Part shown: positions 48,536 to 58,127 of the stretch, piece by piece
How positions within the stretch are numbered: the first letter of the stretch is position 1
Layout: each line of letters opens with the position of its first letter
Assembly: GCA_030059665.1 (NCBI GenBank)
Contig: JANVYR010000001.1
Coordinates: 192,001-256,000, forward strand
Length of the DNA: 64,000 nucleotides
Source: Candidatus Calditenuis fumarioli
Lineage (GTDB): Archaea > Thermoproteota > Nitrososphaeria_A > Caldarchaeales > Calditenuaceae
Direction of reading: 5' to 3'
Translations under genes and position numbers: made by a program
Notes under the pieces: generated by a model
Told to the model about the DNA's origin: nothing
The model's input: the letters and a program-made list of their open reading frames with translations, nothing else
The model's database searches: none

Positions 48536-48553
48536 CATCACTTTACACGTTGA
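48536..48553 (+). promoter_or_regulatory. Candidate operator upstream of XDH-family cluster 1
   Basis: CATCACTTTACACGTTGA is nearly identical to CATCACTTACAAATTGA (minus strand, 54343-54359) upstream of the carbamoyltransferase. Confidence 0.4.
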
Positions 48554-48559
48554 GAAGGA

Positions 48560-49423
48560 ATGCTCCTCTTGGGGCGCCTCAGCTTGCCTCGATTCAGCGT
48601 CTCGAGGCCCTCATCCCTCAGGGAGGCTGTCGAGAGGCTCTCTTCGGGAGAGGGGGTCTACCCAATAGCGGGCGGGACCGCGCTCATACCCCTGATCAAG
48701 AAAGGACTCCTCGAGGTGCGGGAGCTCGTCGACCTCTCGTCCGTTAGGGAGCTCGGTGCCATCCGGCGCGAGGACGGCAGAGTCTTCGTGGGTGGCATGG
48801 TGACGCACTCGGAGCTGGTCGATGCCGCACCGTGGGGAATGCGGAACGTCCTCCGAGATTTCCTGAGGAACCACACCTCACCGCACGTGATGAACCTCGC
48901 CACCGTGGGCGGATCCGTAGCCTCTTCCACCTCGTCGGAGGACCTGCTCCCCGTCCTTCTGGCGGCAGACGCGGAGGTCGTCCTCGCCGGACGCGATGGA
49001 GACCACTCCGTCAGCCTCGAGGATTACCTCGCACGCCGCGACTCGTTCAGAGCGGAGATGGTCGAGGGCGTAAGGGTCAGGTACGTCTGGGATGGTTGGA
49101 GGTTCTCCTTCAGCAAGCTCTCGGTCTCCGTGCGGAGGATGCCTGCCTTCTGCGTCGTGGTGGGTGCGCGCGTCTCCGATCAAACTGTAGAGGACTGCAG
49201 GGTTGCGGTCGCCTTCGCCGACGGCTTGAGGCCCGGTAGGCTGAGGGACGTTGAGGACGCGGTGAGGGGGAAGAGGGTAGACGCGGTTAGGGCCGCAGAC
49301 GTTGAGGATGCGGTGAGGAGGTCTATCAGGCCTGCGGGTGACGTCCACTTCCCCTCGGAGTACAGGAGGAAGGTCACGTCAAGGGTCACGGCCCTGATGC
49401 TCTCGGAGGTGTTAGGCGCGTGA
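48560..49423 (+). CDS. Xanthine dehydrogenase-family FAD-binding (medium) subunit, set 1
   Basis: PIAGGTAL, 'VFVGGMVT', 'NLATVGGSV' and 'SEYRR' motifs. Confidence 0.85.
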   Translation: MLLLGRLSLPRFSVSRPSSLREAVERLSSGEGVYPIAGGTALIPLIKKGLLEVRELVDLSSVRELGAIRREDGRVFVGGMVTHSELVDAAPWGMRNVLRDFLRNHTSPHVMNLATVGGSVASSTSSEDLLPVLLAADAEVVLAGRDGDHSVSLEDYLARRDSFRAEMVEGVRVRYVWDGWRFSFSKLSVSVRRMPAFCVVVGARVSDQTVEDCRVAVAFADGLRPGRLRDVEDAVRGKRVDAVRAADVEDAVRRSIRPAGDVHFPSEYRRKVTSRVTALMLSEVLGA

Positions 49424-49878
49424 TGGTCGAGCTGAAGGTTAACGGAAGGCCTTACCGGGTCGAGGTAACCGAGAACGAGCTGCTGGTGGACGTCCTCCGT
49501 TACAGGCTCGGGTTCATGGGAGTCAAACAGGGTTGCGGCGAGGGCGATTGCGGCCTCTGCCTCGTGCTGATGAACGGCAGGCCCGTGCACTCATGCCTCA
49601 TCCCCGCCTGGAGGGCCGACGGCAGCGATATCGTCACGGTTGAGGGCATAGGCTCCGAGACCTCTCTCCACCCGGTGCAGAGGGCCTTCATAGACCAGGG
49701 GGCCGTCCAGTGCGGCTTCTGCATACCCGCGGCTGTCCTCATCGGGAAGTGGCTGCTGGACAGAGGGCTGGCGGGCGACAGGGAGACCGTCAGGTGGGCA
49801 TACAGGGGCCTCCTCTGCCGCTGCGGCTCCTACCTGCGCTTCGAGGAGGCCGTCGCGCAGGCCTCGCGGGGTGGGTAG
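49420..49878 (+). CDS. Xanthine dehydrogenase-family [2Fe-2S] (small) subunit, set 1
   Basis: GCGEGDCGLC, HSC, QCGFC and CRC motifs. Confidence 0.92.
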   Translation: MMVELKVNGRPYRVEVTENELLVDVLRYRLGFMGVKQGCGEGDCGLCLVLMNGRPVHSCLIPAWRADGSDIVTVEGIGSETSLHPVQRAFIDQGAVQCGFCIPAAVLIGKWLLDRGLAGDRETVRWAYRGLLCRCGSYLRFEEAVAQASRGG

Positions 49879-49881
49879 CGG

Positions 49882-52227
49882 ATGGACGAGGAGACGATCA
49901 AGCGGTTCGAGCAGATCCTGAAGGCGAGGGAGTTCTACGTGGTGGGCAAGAAGGTGGCGAGGGTCGACGCGCTGGACGCGGTCCTCGGCAGACCGATGTA
50001 CACGACCGACCTCCTCACGTCGAAGGCGCTCTACGTGAGGGCAGTCAGGTCACCGCATCCGCACGCGCTGATCAGGTCGATCGACTCTTCAGCGACGAGG
50101 TCCGTTAGGGGCGTGGTCGACGTGATAACGCACAGGGAGATACCGGGCGTCAACGACGCGGGATCGCTCACCTCCGACAGGCCGCTGCTTGCCGTCGACA
50201 GGGTCAGGCACTACGGAGAGGCGGTGGCGCTGGTGGTGGGCGAGGATGAGGTCTCCGTGGACGAGGGCATAGCCGCGTTCAGGGTGGAGTACGAGCCGCT
50301 GCCCGCGGTCTTCGACCCGGTGGAGGCCCTGAAGCCTGACGCCCCCAGGATCCAGGAGCAGGGGAACCTGATCAACCACGTCAAGATCAGGAAGGGTAAC
50401 GTCGAGGAGGGCTTCTCGGCATCGGACGTCGTGATCAGGAACGAGTACAGGACGCCCTTCATGGACGGCGTTCCGATGGAGATCGAGGTGGCCTACGCTT
50501 ACCCCGAGCCCGACGGGACGATAACCTGCATCGCCTCGATGCAGAACCCGTTCGACGTTTACAATAAGGTGACGAAGGTCCTCGGTCTCCCGCCCGAGAA
50601 GGTCAGGGTCATCCAGGCGGCCACCGGCGGAGGTTTCGGGCCCAAGTCCGACGAGTCGCCGATAGACGTGGCAGCCTACGCGGCCCTCGCCGCCTACAGG
50701 AACAGGAGGCCGGCCCTCGCTACCTTCACACGGGAGGAGGCCATGGCGGTCCAGACGAAGAGGCACAGCTTCCGGATCGTCAACGAGACCGGAGCCACCT
50801 CCGACGGGAGGCTGCTGGCGTGGAGGTCGACGCTTTACCTGACCAACGGCCCCTACTACTCCAAGGGCCACCTGGTCATCCAGAGGGCCACGTTCCACTG
50901 CACCGGACCCTACGAGGTGCCGAACGTCTGGGCCGACGGGTACGCCGTCCTCACCAACAACACCCTCGCCGGCTCCACCAGAGGCTTCGGGGCGCCCGAG
51001 GCCCACTTCGCGGCCGAGGTCCAGATGGACGTCCTGGCCGAGAAGCTCGGGATGGACCCGCTGGAGCTGAGGATGAAGAACATGCTCAGGCCCGGCTCCC
51101 TGACGGCGACGTCCCAGAGGATAGACGACGACGGACTCGTCAGGTGCGTCGAGGCCGCGGCCAGGCTCTCGAGGTGGACCGAGAGGAGGAGGGAGCACGA
51201 GCAGTTCAACCGCGCCAACGGTCGGTACAGGAGGGGCATAGGGATAGCGCTGCTTTACCACGGCAACACCCTCGGCCCCGAGGGCGAAGACTACGCGGTC
51301 GTTCACCTCTCCGTCGACGAGAGGGGGAAAGTCAAGCTCCAGACCGGTCTGACGGAGTACGGGACTGGAGCGCTGACGTCGCTGGCCATCCTCGTCGCGG
51401 AGGCCCTTGGGATCGACGTCAGGGACGTGGAGCTTCTCAGGCCCGACACCAGGGCTGTCAGGAACCCCGGGCCAACGGTTGCCTCGAGGACGACCGTGAT
51501 CGGAGGGAGGGCTGCGCTCGACGCAGCGGCCAAGCTCAGGGCGATCCTCGACCCGATAGCGGCGGAGCTCCTCGGCTGCCGTCAGGACGAGCTCGTCTAC
51601 AGGGACGGGAAGGTTATGGTGGCCGGAGATCCCAACCGCTCGATCTCGTTCAGGGAGCTCGTGAGGAGGGCGATCGGGATGGGGCTCGAGCTGAAGGTCG
51701 AGGGGTTCTACAAGGCTCCCGATACGAAGTGGGACAAGGAGACGGGCCAGGGCGCGCCGTACAACCAGTACACCTTCGGCGCCCTCGTCTCCGAGGTCGA
51801 GGTCGACCTGCTCACTGGCGCGGTGAGGGTGCTCAGGATGACCGCGGTCTACGACGTGGGGAAGGCGATCAACCCGCTAGGGCTCAAGGCCCTCATCGAG
51901 GGCGGCTCCATCATGGGCCTGGGTCACGCGCTGACGGAGGAGTTCCTGCTCTCCGACGGGGTTCCCGTGACTTTAGGCTTTCAGGGCTACAGCATACCTA
52001 CCTCCGTCGAGTCGCCCTTCGAGATAGTCCAGGAGGTGGTGGAGTCGGAGGGGAAGATCGGCGCGCTCGGTGCAAAGGCGATGGGCGAGATCCCTGTAGT
52101 TCTACCGATGGCCTCGATAGCGAACGCCGTGGCCCACGCCATCGGCTACCACATCAAGGAGACGCCCCTGAAGCCGAGCAGGATCTTGGAGGCGCTGGAG
52201 GAGCTAGGGATCGCTTACAGGCCCTGA
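49882..52227 (+). CDS. Xanthine dehydrogenase-family molybdopterin-binding (large) subunit, set 1
   Basis: GGGFGPK, TRGFGAPE, TEYGTG, TVASR and GAKAMGE (catalytic Glu). Confidence 0.92.
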   Translation: MDEETIKRFEQILKAREFYVVGKKVARVDALDAVLGRPMYTTDLLTSKALYVRAVRSPHPHALIRSIDSSATRSVRGVVDVITHREIPGVNDAGSLTSDRPLLAVDRVRHYGEAVALVVGEDEVSVDEGIAAFRVEYEPLPAVFDPVEALKPDAPRIQEQGNLINHVKIRKGNVEEGFSASDVVIRNEYRTPFMDGVPMEIEVAYAYPEPDGTITCIASMQNPFDVYNKVTKVLGLPPEKVRVIQAATGGGFGPKSDESPIDVAAYAALAAYRNRRPALATFTREEAMAVQTKRHSFRIVNETGATSDGRLLAWRSTLYLTNGPYYSKGHLVIQRATFHCTGPYEVPNVWADGYAVLTNNTLAGSTRGFGAPEAHFAAEVQMDVLAEKLGMDPLELRMKNMLRPGSLTATSQRIDDDGLVRCVEAAARLSRWTERRREHEQFNRANGRYRRGIGIALLYHGNTLGPEGEDYAVVHLSVDERGKVKLQTGLTEYGTGALTSLAILVAEALGIDVRDVELLRPDTRAVRNPGPTVASRTTVIGGRAALDAAAKLRAILDPIAAELLGCRQDELVYRDGKVMVAGDPNRSISFRELVRRAIGMGLELKVEGFYKAPDTKWDKETGQGAPYNQYTFGALVSEVEVDLLTGAVRVLRMTAVYDVGKAINPLGLKALIEGGSIMGLGHALTEEFLLSDGVPVTLGFQGYSIPTSVESPFEIVQEVVESEGKIGALGAKAMGEIPVVLPMASIANAVAHAIGYHIKETPLKPSRILEALEELGIAYRP

Positions 52228-52290
52228 GACCGTCGACCCAAGAGATAGGTTATCTCGAGGACCGTTCGGGTGAGGAGCCCGGTGGGCGGC

Positions 52291-53250
52291 ATGCCGGGAG
52301 AGCTCGTGGTGGTGGCCCTCGGCGGTAACGCGCTCCTGCAGAGAGGTCAGCGCGGAACCTTCGAGGAGCAGTACGCGAACGTCCAGGAGACCTCGAGGTA
52401 CCTCGCCGATCTGGTCGAGAGGGGCTACAGGCTCGTGATAACGCACGGCAACGGTCCGCAGGTGGGGGCCACGATGCTACGCCACGACGCGGGCCTGAAG
52501 CTCTACAACGTCCCACCCTTCCCGATGGACGTCTGCGGCGCCGAGACGCAGGGCTTCATCGGTTACATGATCCAGCAGGCGCTCAGGACCGAGCTGAAAC
52601 ACAGGGGTATCGACAAGTACGTGATAACGGTGATCACCCGCGTCATCGTCGACGAGAACGACCCGGCCTTCCGTAACCCGACCAAACCGGTAGGCCCCTT
52701 CTACACGAGGGAGGAGATGGAGAGGATGAAGGCCGAGCATCCGGAGTTCGTCTTCAAGGAGGACAAGGCGAGGGGAGGGTGGAGGAGGGTGGTGCCTTCG
52801 CCAGATCCGAAGATCATCGCGGAGCGGCACGCCATCAGGACGCTCGTCGACGCGGGCTTCATCGTCGTCGCCTGCGGTGGCGGAGGGATCCCCATCATCG
52901 AGAAGGACGGTTGGAGGGCCGTAGGCGTCGAGGCCGTGATCGACAAGGACCTGGCCAGCGAGCGGCTGGCGACCCTGATCAGGGCCGACTACCTCGTGAT
53001 CTTGACCGACGTTGACGGCGCCTACCTCGACTTCGGCAAGCCCACACAGAGGAGACTGGGAGTCGTGAGGGTTAGCGAGCTGAAGCGGTACTACGAGGAG
53101 GGGCACTTCGGTGAGGGGAGCATGGGGCCGAAGGTGCTGGCGGCGATCAGGTTCATCGAGAACGGAGGGAAGAGGGCTGTGATCGCGGAGAGGTCCCAGG
53201 TCCTCGCAGCCGTCGAGGGGAAGGCCGGCACCCAGGTCTACCCCGATTGA
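52291..53250 (+). CDS. arcC: Carbamate kinase
   Basis: [40 protein letters not shown] and GSMGPK. Confidence 0.95.
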   Translation: MPGELVVVALGGNALLQRGQRGTFEEQYANVQETSRYLADLVERGYRLVITHGNGPQVGATMLRHDAGLKLYNVPPFPMDVCGAETQGFIGYMIQQALRTELKHRGIDKYVITVITRVIVDENDPAFRNPTKPVGPFYTREEMERMKAEHPEFVFKEDKARGGWRRVVPSPDPKIIAERHAIRTLVDAGFIVVACGGGGIPIIEKDGWRAVGVEAVIDKDLASERLATLIRADYLVILTDVDGAYLDFGKPTQRRLGVVRVSELKRYYEEGHFGEGSMGPKVLAAIRFIENGGKRAVIAERSQVLAAVEGKAGTQVYPD

Positions 53251-53300
53251 GGGAACGTGAGGGAAAGAACCCGAGGGAGTTAGCTTCGCTGCGCGCCCGG

Positions 53301-54320
53301 TCAGATCCTGTTGCCAGCGACGAGCGCCAGCACCGCAGCCCTGACGTAGACGAGGTTCTCGGCCTGGTCGTAGATCACGCTCCTCGGGCCGTCCATCACG
53401 TCGTCGTCCGCCTCCTGCCCCCTGAACACCGGAAGGACGTGGGTGACTATACCGTGCCTGTCCATCAGGTCCGTCAGCTCCCTCGTCAGCCTCCAATCGA
53501 TGAACCTCCTGTGGAGCTCCAGCTCTTTCTCCCTGCCGAACCTGTTCAGGCCCTCCATCACGCAGGCGTGGCTCGCCCAGCTCCTCGGGAAGACGACGTG
53601 CGCACCGGTCAGGGCCTCCTTGAGGTCGTGCGAAATCTCGAGCGATCCTCCCGAATCCCGGGCGTTCTCCTTCGCCTGGGCCACGAGCCGCTCGTCAAGC
53701 TCGAACCCCGGTGGATGCGCGAGGACCACGTCCATCCCGTACCTCGTGGCTATCAGCATCTCGTCCTGGACGCTCCCCCAGCTCCTGATCCGGTCGCTGT
53801 AGGCCCACATGATCACGTACTTCTTTCCCTCGACCTTGCCCCTGAACTTCTCGGCGATGGTGAAGAGGTCCGTGATCGCCTGCGTCGGGTGGTACATGTC
53901 GTCGGCCATGTTTATCACTGGAATCTTCGCGTGCTCGGCGTACTCCCTGATTATCGCGTTCCCGCGGCCGTAGACGTAGTCAACCGCCGACTCGAGGATC
54001 CTGACGCCAAGCGCGTGACCGAAGCGCTCGTACATCTTCGCCATGTCCTTGACCGATTCACCCTCTGCACCGCGCGTCGTGGCGAAGTCGATGAACTGGG
54101 CGTGTCCTCCCAGCAGCGTTGCAGCGGCCTCGAAGCTCGCCCTCGTCCTGGTGGAGGTGTTGTAGAAGAGCATGAAGAAGGTCCTGTTCTTGAAGAGCTC
54201 GGGTACGTGGCCCGCGTAACGCCAGAGCTTGATCTGACGAGCGAGGTCCATCACCATGTCCAGCTCCTCGACCTCCCACTCTTGTGTAGAGATCAGGTCC
54301 TTTCCATACAGGTCCACCAT
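53301..54320 (-). CDS. Carbamoyltransferase of the YgeW / N-acetylornithine (ArgF')-like branch; substrate unknown
   Basis: STRTR and HPTQ carbamoyl-phosphate motifs; WAYS loop, GMDVVLAHPPGF and FPRSW instead of the OTC-type GDG/TDVW; HVLP in place of HCLP. Confidence 0.8.
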   Translation of the reverse strand: MVDLYGKDLISTQEWEVEELDMVMDLARQIKLWRYAGHVPELFKNRTFFMLFYNTSTRTRASFEAAATLLGGHAQFIDFATTRGAEGESVKDMAKMYERFGHALGVRILESAVDYVYGRGNAIIREYAEHAKIPVINMADDMYHPTQAITDLFTIAEKFRGKVEGKKYVIMWAYSDRIRSWGSVQDEMLIATRYGMDVVLAHPPGFELDERLVAQAKENARDSGGSLEISHDLKEALTGAHVVFPRSWASHACVMEGLNRFGREKELELHRRFIDWRLTRELTDLMDRHGIVTHVLPVFRGQEADDDVMDGPRSVIYDQAENLVYVRAAVLALVAGNRI

Positions 54321-54334
54321 TTCGGCACAACACG

Positions 54335-54469
54335 TGTTTTCGTCAATTTGTAAGTGATGTCCAGCCGAAGGACCATGCGACAGCGTGAAGCCAGTTTAAC
54401 GAAAACATCGATCGAGTTCGCAGATGTGGGGCTCGGGCATCGCGTCCTACGTCAACGATCAACGTTGAT
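54335..54469. promoter_or_regulatory. Divergent promoter region with paired motifs
   Basis: TGTTTTCGTCAA (54335-54346) and TTAACGAAAACA (54396-54407) form an 11/12 inverted pair; perfect palindrome ATCAACGTTGAT at 54458-54469. Confidence 0.4.
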
Positions 54470-54487
54470 ATCCTGCGCCCGAGATCG

Positions 54488-54970
54488 TTGTACGGATTGA
54501 AGTTTCCCCACTCCGCAAGAACGCGGGAGATAAGGTTCGTTCTGAACGGCAGTGAGACCTCGGTCAGGGTGCCCCCCGGGTACACGCTGCTGGAGACCTT
54601 GAGGTACGTGCTGAGGATGACCGGGACGAAGGAGGGCTGCGCCCGGGGAGACTGCGGCGAGTGCACCGTCCTCGTCGACGGAGTTCCTGTCCACGCCTGC
54701 CTGACGCTCATGTCCCAGGTTGAGGGGCGGAGCGTTTTGACGGTGGAGGGGATAGACAGGCAGCACAGGCTGATCAGGGCATTCGTCGAGGAGGGCGCTG
54801 TCCAGTGCGGTCACTGCACGCCCGGCATCGTGGTGGCGGCGTACCACCTGCTGAGCCAGGTTCCCAGGCCCACAGAGGAGCAGGTGCGGGAGGCCCTCAG
54901 GGGAAACCTCTGCAGGTGCACCGGATACGTGAAGATAATTCGAGCGGTCCTTAAGGCGGGTGAGGCTTGA
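54488..54970 (+). CDS. Xanthine dehydrogenase-family [2Fe-2S] subunit, set 2
   Basis: TGTKEGCARGDCGEC, HACL, QCGHC and GNLCRCTGY. Confidence 0.92.
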   Translation: MYGLKFPHSARTREIRFVLNGSETSVRVPPGYTLLETLRYVLRMTGTKEGCARGDCGECTVLVDGVPVHACLTLMSQVEGRSVLTVEGIDRQHRLIRAFVEEGAVQCGHCTPGIVVAAYHLLSQVPRPTEEQVREALRGNLCRCTGYVKIIRAVLKAGEA

Positions 54971-55851
54971 CGATGCAGCACCTCGCGGACGTCGAGGTCT
55001 ACTCCGTCAGGACGTTGCGAGAGGCGTTGGAGCTCCTCTCCTCCGTCAAGGGGCTGAGGGTCATAGCTGGTGGGACCGATCTGATAGTCCAGCTCAAGAC
55101 TGGTGTTGTGCCGAAGACGAACCTCCTCGACGTCTCAAGGGTCGACGAGCTGAGGTACGTCAGGTTCGAGGACGGCATCCTCAGGATCGGCGCGTTGACG
55201 ACCTTCATGGAGATCTACAGGTCGGAGCTCGTGAGGAGGCACGCTCCCCTGCTCGCCGAGGCGGCGTTCACGGTCGGTTCCTTCCAGATCATGAACAAGG
55301 GCACCATCGGCGGAAACATCGTCAACGCCTCGCCAGCAGCTGACTCGCTACCTCCGCTTTACGCGCTGAACGCGGAGCTCAAAATCGTCGGACCCAGGGG
55401 CGAGAGGTTCGTGAGGATTCAGGACTTCTACAAGGGTTACAAGAAGCTCGACCTGATGGCCGACGAGCTGGTCGCGGAGGTCAGGATCAGGCCACCTGGT
55501 GAAGGATACGTAGGCCACTTCTTCAAGCACGGTCTGAGGAGGGGCGACGCGATCGCTGTGGTGAATGGCGCTGTACTGCTTAGGCTGTCCCCTGAAGGGA
55601 TCGTGAGGGACGCCCGGGTAGCCCTCGGTGCGGTGGCCCCAACCGTTGTCAGGTCACCCAGCTCCGAGAGGGTGCTCGTGGGATCCAGACTGAGCCCGGA
55701 AGTGATGTGGAGGGCTGCGGAGGCGGTGGTGAACGACATATCTCCGATCGACGACGTGAGGGGAAGCGCTGCCTACAGGAGGGAACTCTCGGTCAACTAC
55801 GTCTTCATGACGCTTTACCGGATCGCGAGGGAAACCGGGGTGGTGGCGTGA
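54967..55851 (+). CDS. Xanthine dehydrogenase-family FAD-binding subunit, set 2
   Basis: IAGGTDL, RIGALTT, 'GTIGGNIVNASPAAD', 'ALGAVAPT' and 'PIDDVRGSA.YR'. Confidence 0.92.
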   Translation: MTMQHLADVEVYSVRTLREALELLSSVKGLRVIAGGTDLIVQLKTGVVPKTNLLDVSRVDELRYVRFEDGILRIGALTTFMEIYRSELVRRHAPLLAEAAFTVGSFQIMNKGTIGGNIVNASPAADSLPPLYALNAELKIVGPRGERFVRIQDFYKGYKKLDLMADELVAEVRIRPPGEGYVGHFFKHGLRRGDAIAVVNGAVLLRLSPEGIVRDARVALGAVAPTVVRSPSSERVLVGSRLSPEVMWRAAEAVVNDISPIDDVRGSAAYRRELSVNYVFMTLYRIARETGVVA

Positions 55852-58127
55852 CCGCGCAGAGGGCGGTGGGCGCACCAGTAGCTCGGCGGGACGCCTTCGA
55901 GAAGGCCGTTGGCGCGGCGAAGTACGCCTCCGACCTGTTCCTGGACGACATGCTCTGGGTGGCAGTCCTGAGGAGCAAATACCCGCACGCGAGGATCAGG
56001 CGTATCGACACCTCCAAGGCCGAGTCCCACCCCAATGTGGTCGCGGTCTTCACGCACAGGGACGTCCCGGTGAACAGGTACGGCCTCTTCAAGAAGGACA
56101 GGCCAGTACTGTGCGACGACAAGGTGCGGTACATAGGTGACCCAATCGCGCTGGTGGCGGCCGAGACGAGGGAGGACGCCCTCGAGGCCCTGAAGCTGAT
56201 CGAGGTCGACTACGAGCCCCTCCCTCCGGTGACAGACCCGATCGAGGCGATGAGGCCCGATGCGCCGAAGGTCCACGACGACGGCAACATATGCAGGGAG
56301 GTCCACCTCAGGCTCGGTGACGTTGATGGGGCCTTCGCAAGGGCGGACGTGATAGTCGAGAACACCTACAGGACAGGTGCGCAGATCCACGCTTACCTCG
56401 AGACCGAGGCGGGCATCTCTTACATGGAGGACGGGAAGATCGTGGTGGTCGCGGGAGGCCAGTCGCCGTACAGGGACAGGGCGGAGATCGCACACGCCCT
56501 GAACCTTCCGGAGGAGATGATCAGGGTCGTCACGCCGTACGTGGGAGGTGCCTTCGGAGGGAAGGACGACATAACCGTGCAGATCCACCTGGCGCTGGTC
56601 ACGTGGAAGACCGGCAGGCCCGCGAGGCTCGTCTGGAGCAGGGAGGAGTCGATGATGGCCGGGACCAAGCGCCATCCCGCGATCATCAAGATCAGGACGG
56701 CCGCGACCAGGGACGGAACGATACTCGCCAACAAGATCGAGATCGTTCTCGACAAGGGCGCGTACACCGCGCTCGGACCGGCGGTCCTCGACGTCGCGGT
56801 CGAGAACTGCAACGGCCCCTACCGGGTTCAGGCGTCCCAGATCGACGCTTACCTCGTCTACACCAACAACATGGTAGCGTCCGCCTTCAGGGGATTCGGC
56901 GCACCCCAGGTGATCTTCGCCATAGAGCGGCAGATGGACCTGCTCGCGAAGAAGTTGGGGATGGATCCGCTGGAGCTGAGGCTGAAGAACGCCCTTAGGA
57001 AGGGCGACCGTTACGTCTTCGGGAACGTCCTCGAGGGGAGCGTCGGCATCGCCCAGTGCCTCGAGGTCGCGAGATCTCACCCACTTTGGCGGAGCAGGGG
57101 GAGGAACTCGTGCGAGTGGCCCTGGTTGAGGAGGGGCGTTGGTGTTGCGGCCGCCATGAAGGGTTACACGATAGGCGCCCTTCCCGACAAGGGAGTTGTT
57201 GCGCTGGAGCTGCTCAGGGACGGAAGGGTCCTCGTCAAGGGGAGCTTCACCGAGATAGGGCAGGGCGTCATCCAGGCAGTCGCCCAGATCGCGGCCGACC
57301 TCCTCGGGGTGAGCGTGGACGACGTGGAGGTGGTCTTCGCCGACACGGAGGTCACTCCGGACACCAGCGTCACCTCGGCATCGAGGCAGCTCTTCCTCGC
57401 GGGGAACGCGGTGAGGGAGGCCGTCGAGGCCCTCAGGGAGAGGGTGGCAGAGCTGGAGGGGAGGCTGAGCGGGAGGAGGCCGGCCAGGGTGGAGTTCTCG
57501 GGCGGCTGGGTTTTCATCGACTCGGAGAGGAGGTACAGCCTGCAGGAGCTGGCGAGGCTCCTCGAGTCCACCGGGCTCGGTAGGCAGGTCCTTGGCGTCT
57601 ACGAGGTCCCACGGGTCGAGCCGCTCCCCGGAACCCTCGAGATACCTCACCTGTTCTACATGTTCGGTGTGACGCTGGCGGAGGTGCTCGTGAACCTCCT
57701 CACCGGCGAGGTGACGGTATCCAAGGTCGTTTCGATCGTCGACGCGGGCAGGGTGATCAACCCCATCACCTTCACGGGTCAGGTGGAGGGTGCGGTGGCA
57801 CAGGGGATCGGGTTCGCGCTGATGGAGGACGCCAAGATTCGGGACGGTTACCTGCTCACGAGGGACCTCTCGACGTACCTGATCCCGAGCTCGAAGGACG
57901 TGCCCGAGATCGAGGTCATACCGGTGGAGACCGAGGAGGCGGAGGGGCCCTTCGGTGCCAAGGGCATAGGAGAGATAGGGATAATCTCGGTGGCACCCGC
58001 TATACTGAACGCGGTGGCTGATGCGACCGGCGTTGAGCCCAACGCGATACCGCTGACCCACGAGCGCCTCTACTGGCTGCTGAAGGAGCACGGGCTGGTG
58101 GAGCAGCTCAGGAGGGCCTCCACATGA
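55848..58127 (+). CDS. Xanthine dehydrogenase-family molybdopterin-binding subunit, set 2
   Basis: GGAFGGK, AFRGFGAPQ, TEIGQG, TSASRQ and GAKGIGE; GTG start overlaps the upstream stop. Confidence 0.93.
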   Translation: MTAQRAVGAPVARRDAFEKAVGAAKYASDLFLDDMLWVAVLRSKYPHARIRRIDTSKAESHPNVVAVFTHRDVPVNRYGLFKKDRPVLCDDKVRYIGDPIALVAAETREDALEALKLIEVDYEPLPPVTDPIEAMRPDAPKVHDDGNICREVHLRLGDVDGAFARADVIVENTYRTGAQIHAYLETEAGISYMEDGKIVVVAGGQSPYRDRAEIAHALNLPEEMIRVVTPYVGGAFGGKDDITVQIHLALVTWKTGRPARLVWSREESMMAGTKRHPAIIKIRTAATRDGTILANKIEIVLDKGAYTALGPAVLDVAVENCNGPYRVQASQIDAYLVYTNNMVASAFRGFGAPQVIFAIERQMDLLAKKLGMDPLELRLKNALRKGDRYVFGNVLEGSVGIAQCLEVARSHPLWRSRGRNSCEWPWLRRGVGVAAAMKGYTIGALPDKGVVALELLRDGRVLVKGSFTEIGQGVIQAVAQIAADLLGVSVDDVEVVFADTEVTPDTSVTSASRQLFLAGNAVREAVEALRERVAELEGRLSGRRPARVEFSGGWVFIDSERRYSLQELARLLESTGLGRQVLGVYEVPRVEPLPGTLEIPHLFYMFGVTLAEVLVNLLTGEVTVSKVVSIVDAGRVINPITFTGQVEGAVAQGIGFALMEDAKIRDGYLLTRDLSTYLIPSSKDVPEIEVIPVETEEAEGPFGAKGIGEIGIISVAPAILNAVADATGVEPNAIPLTHERLYWLLKEHGLVEQLRRAST

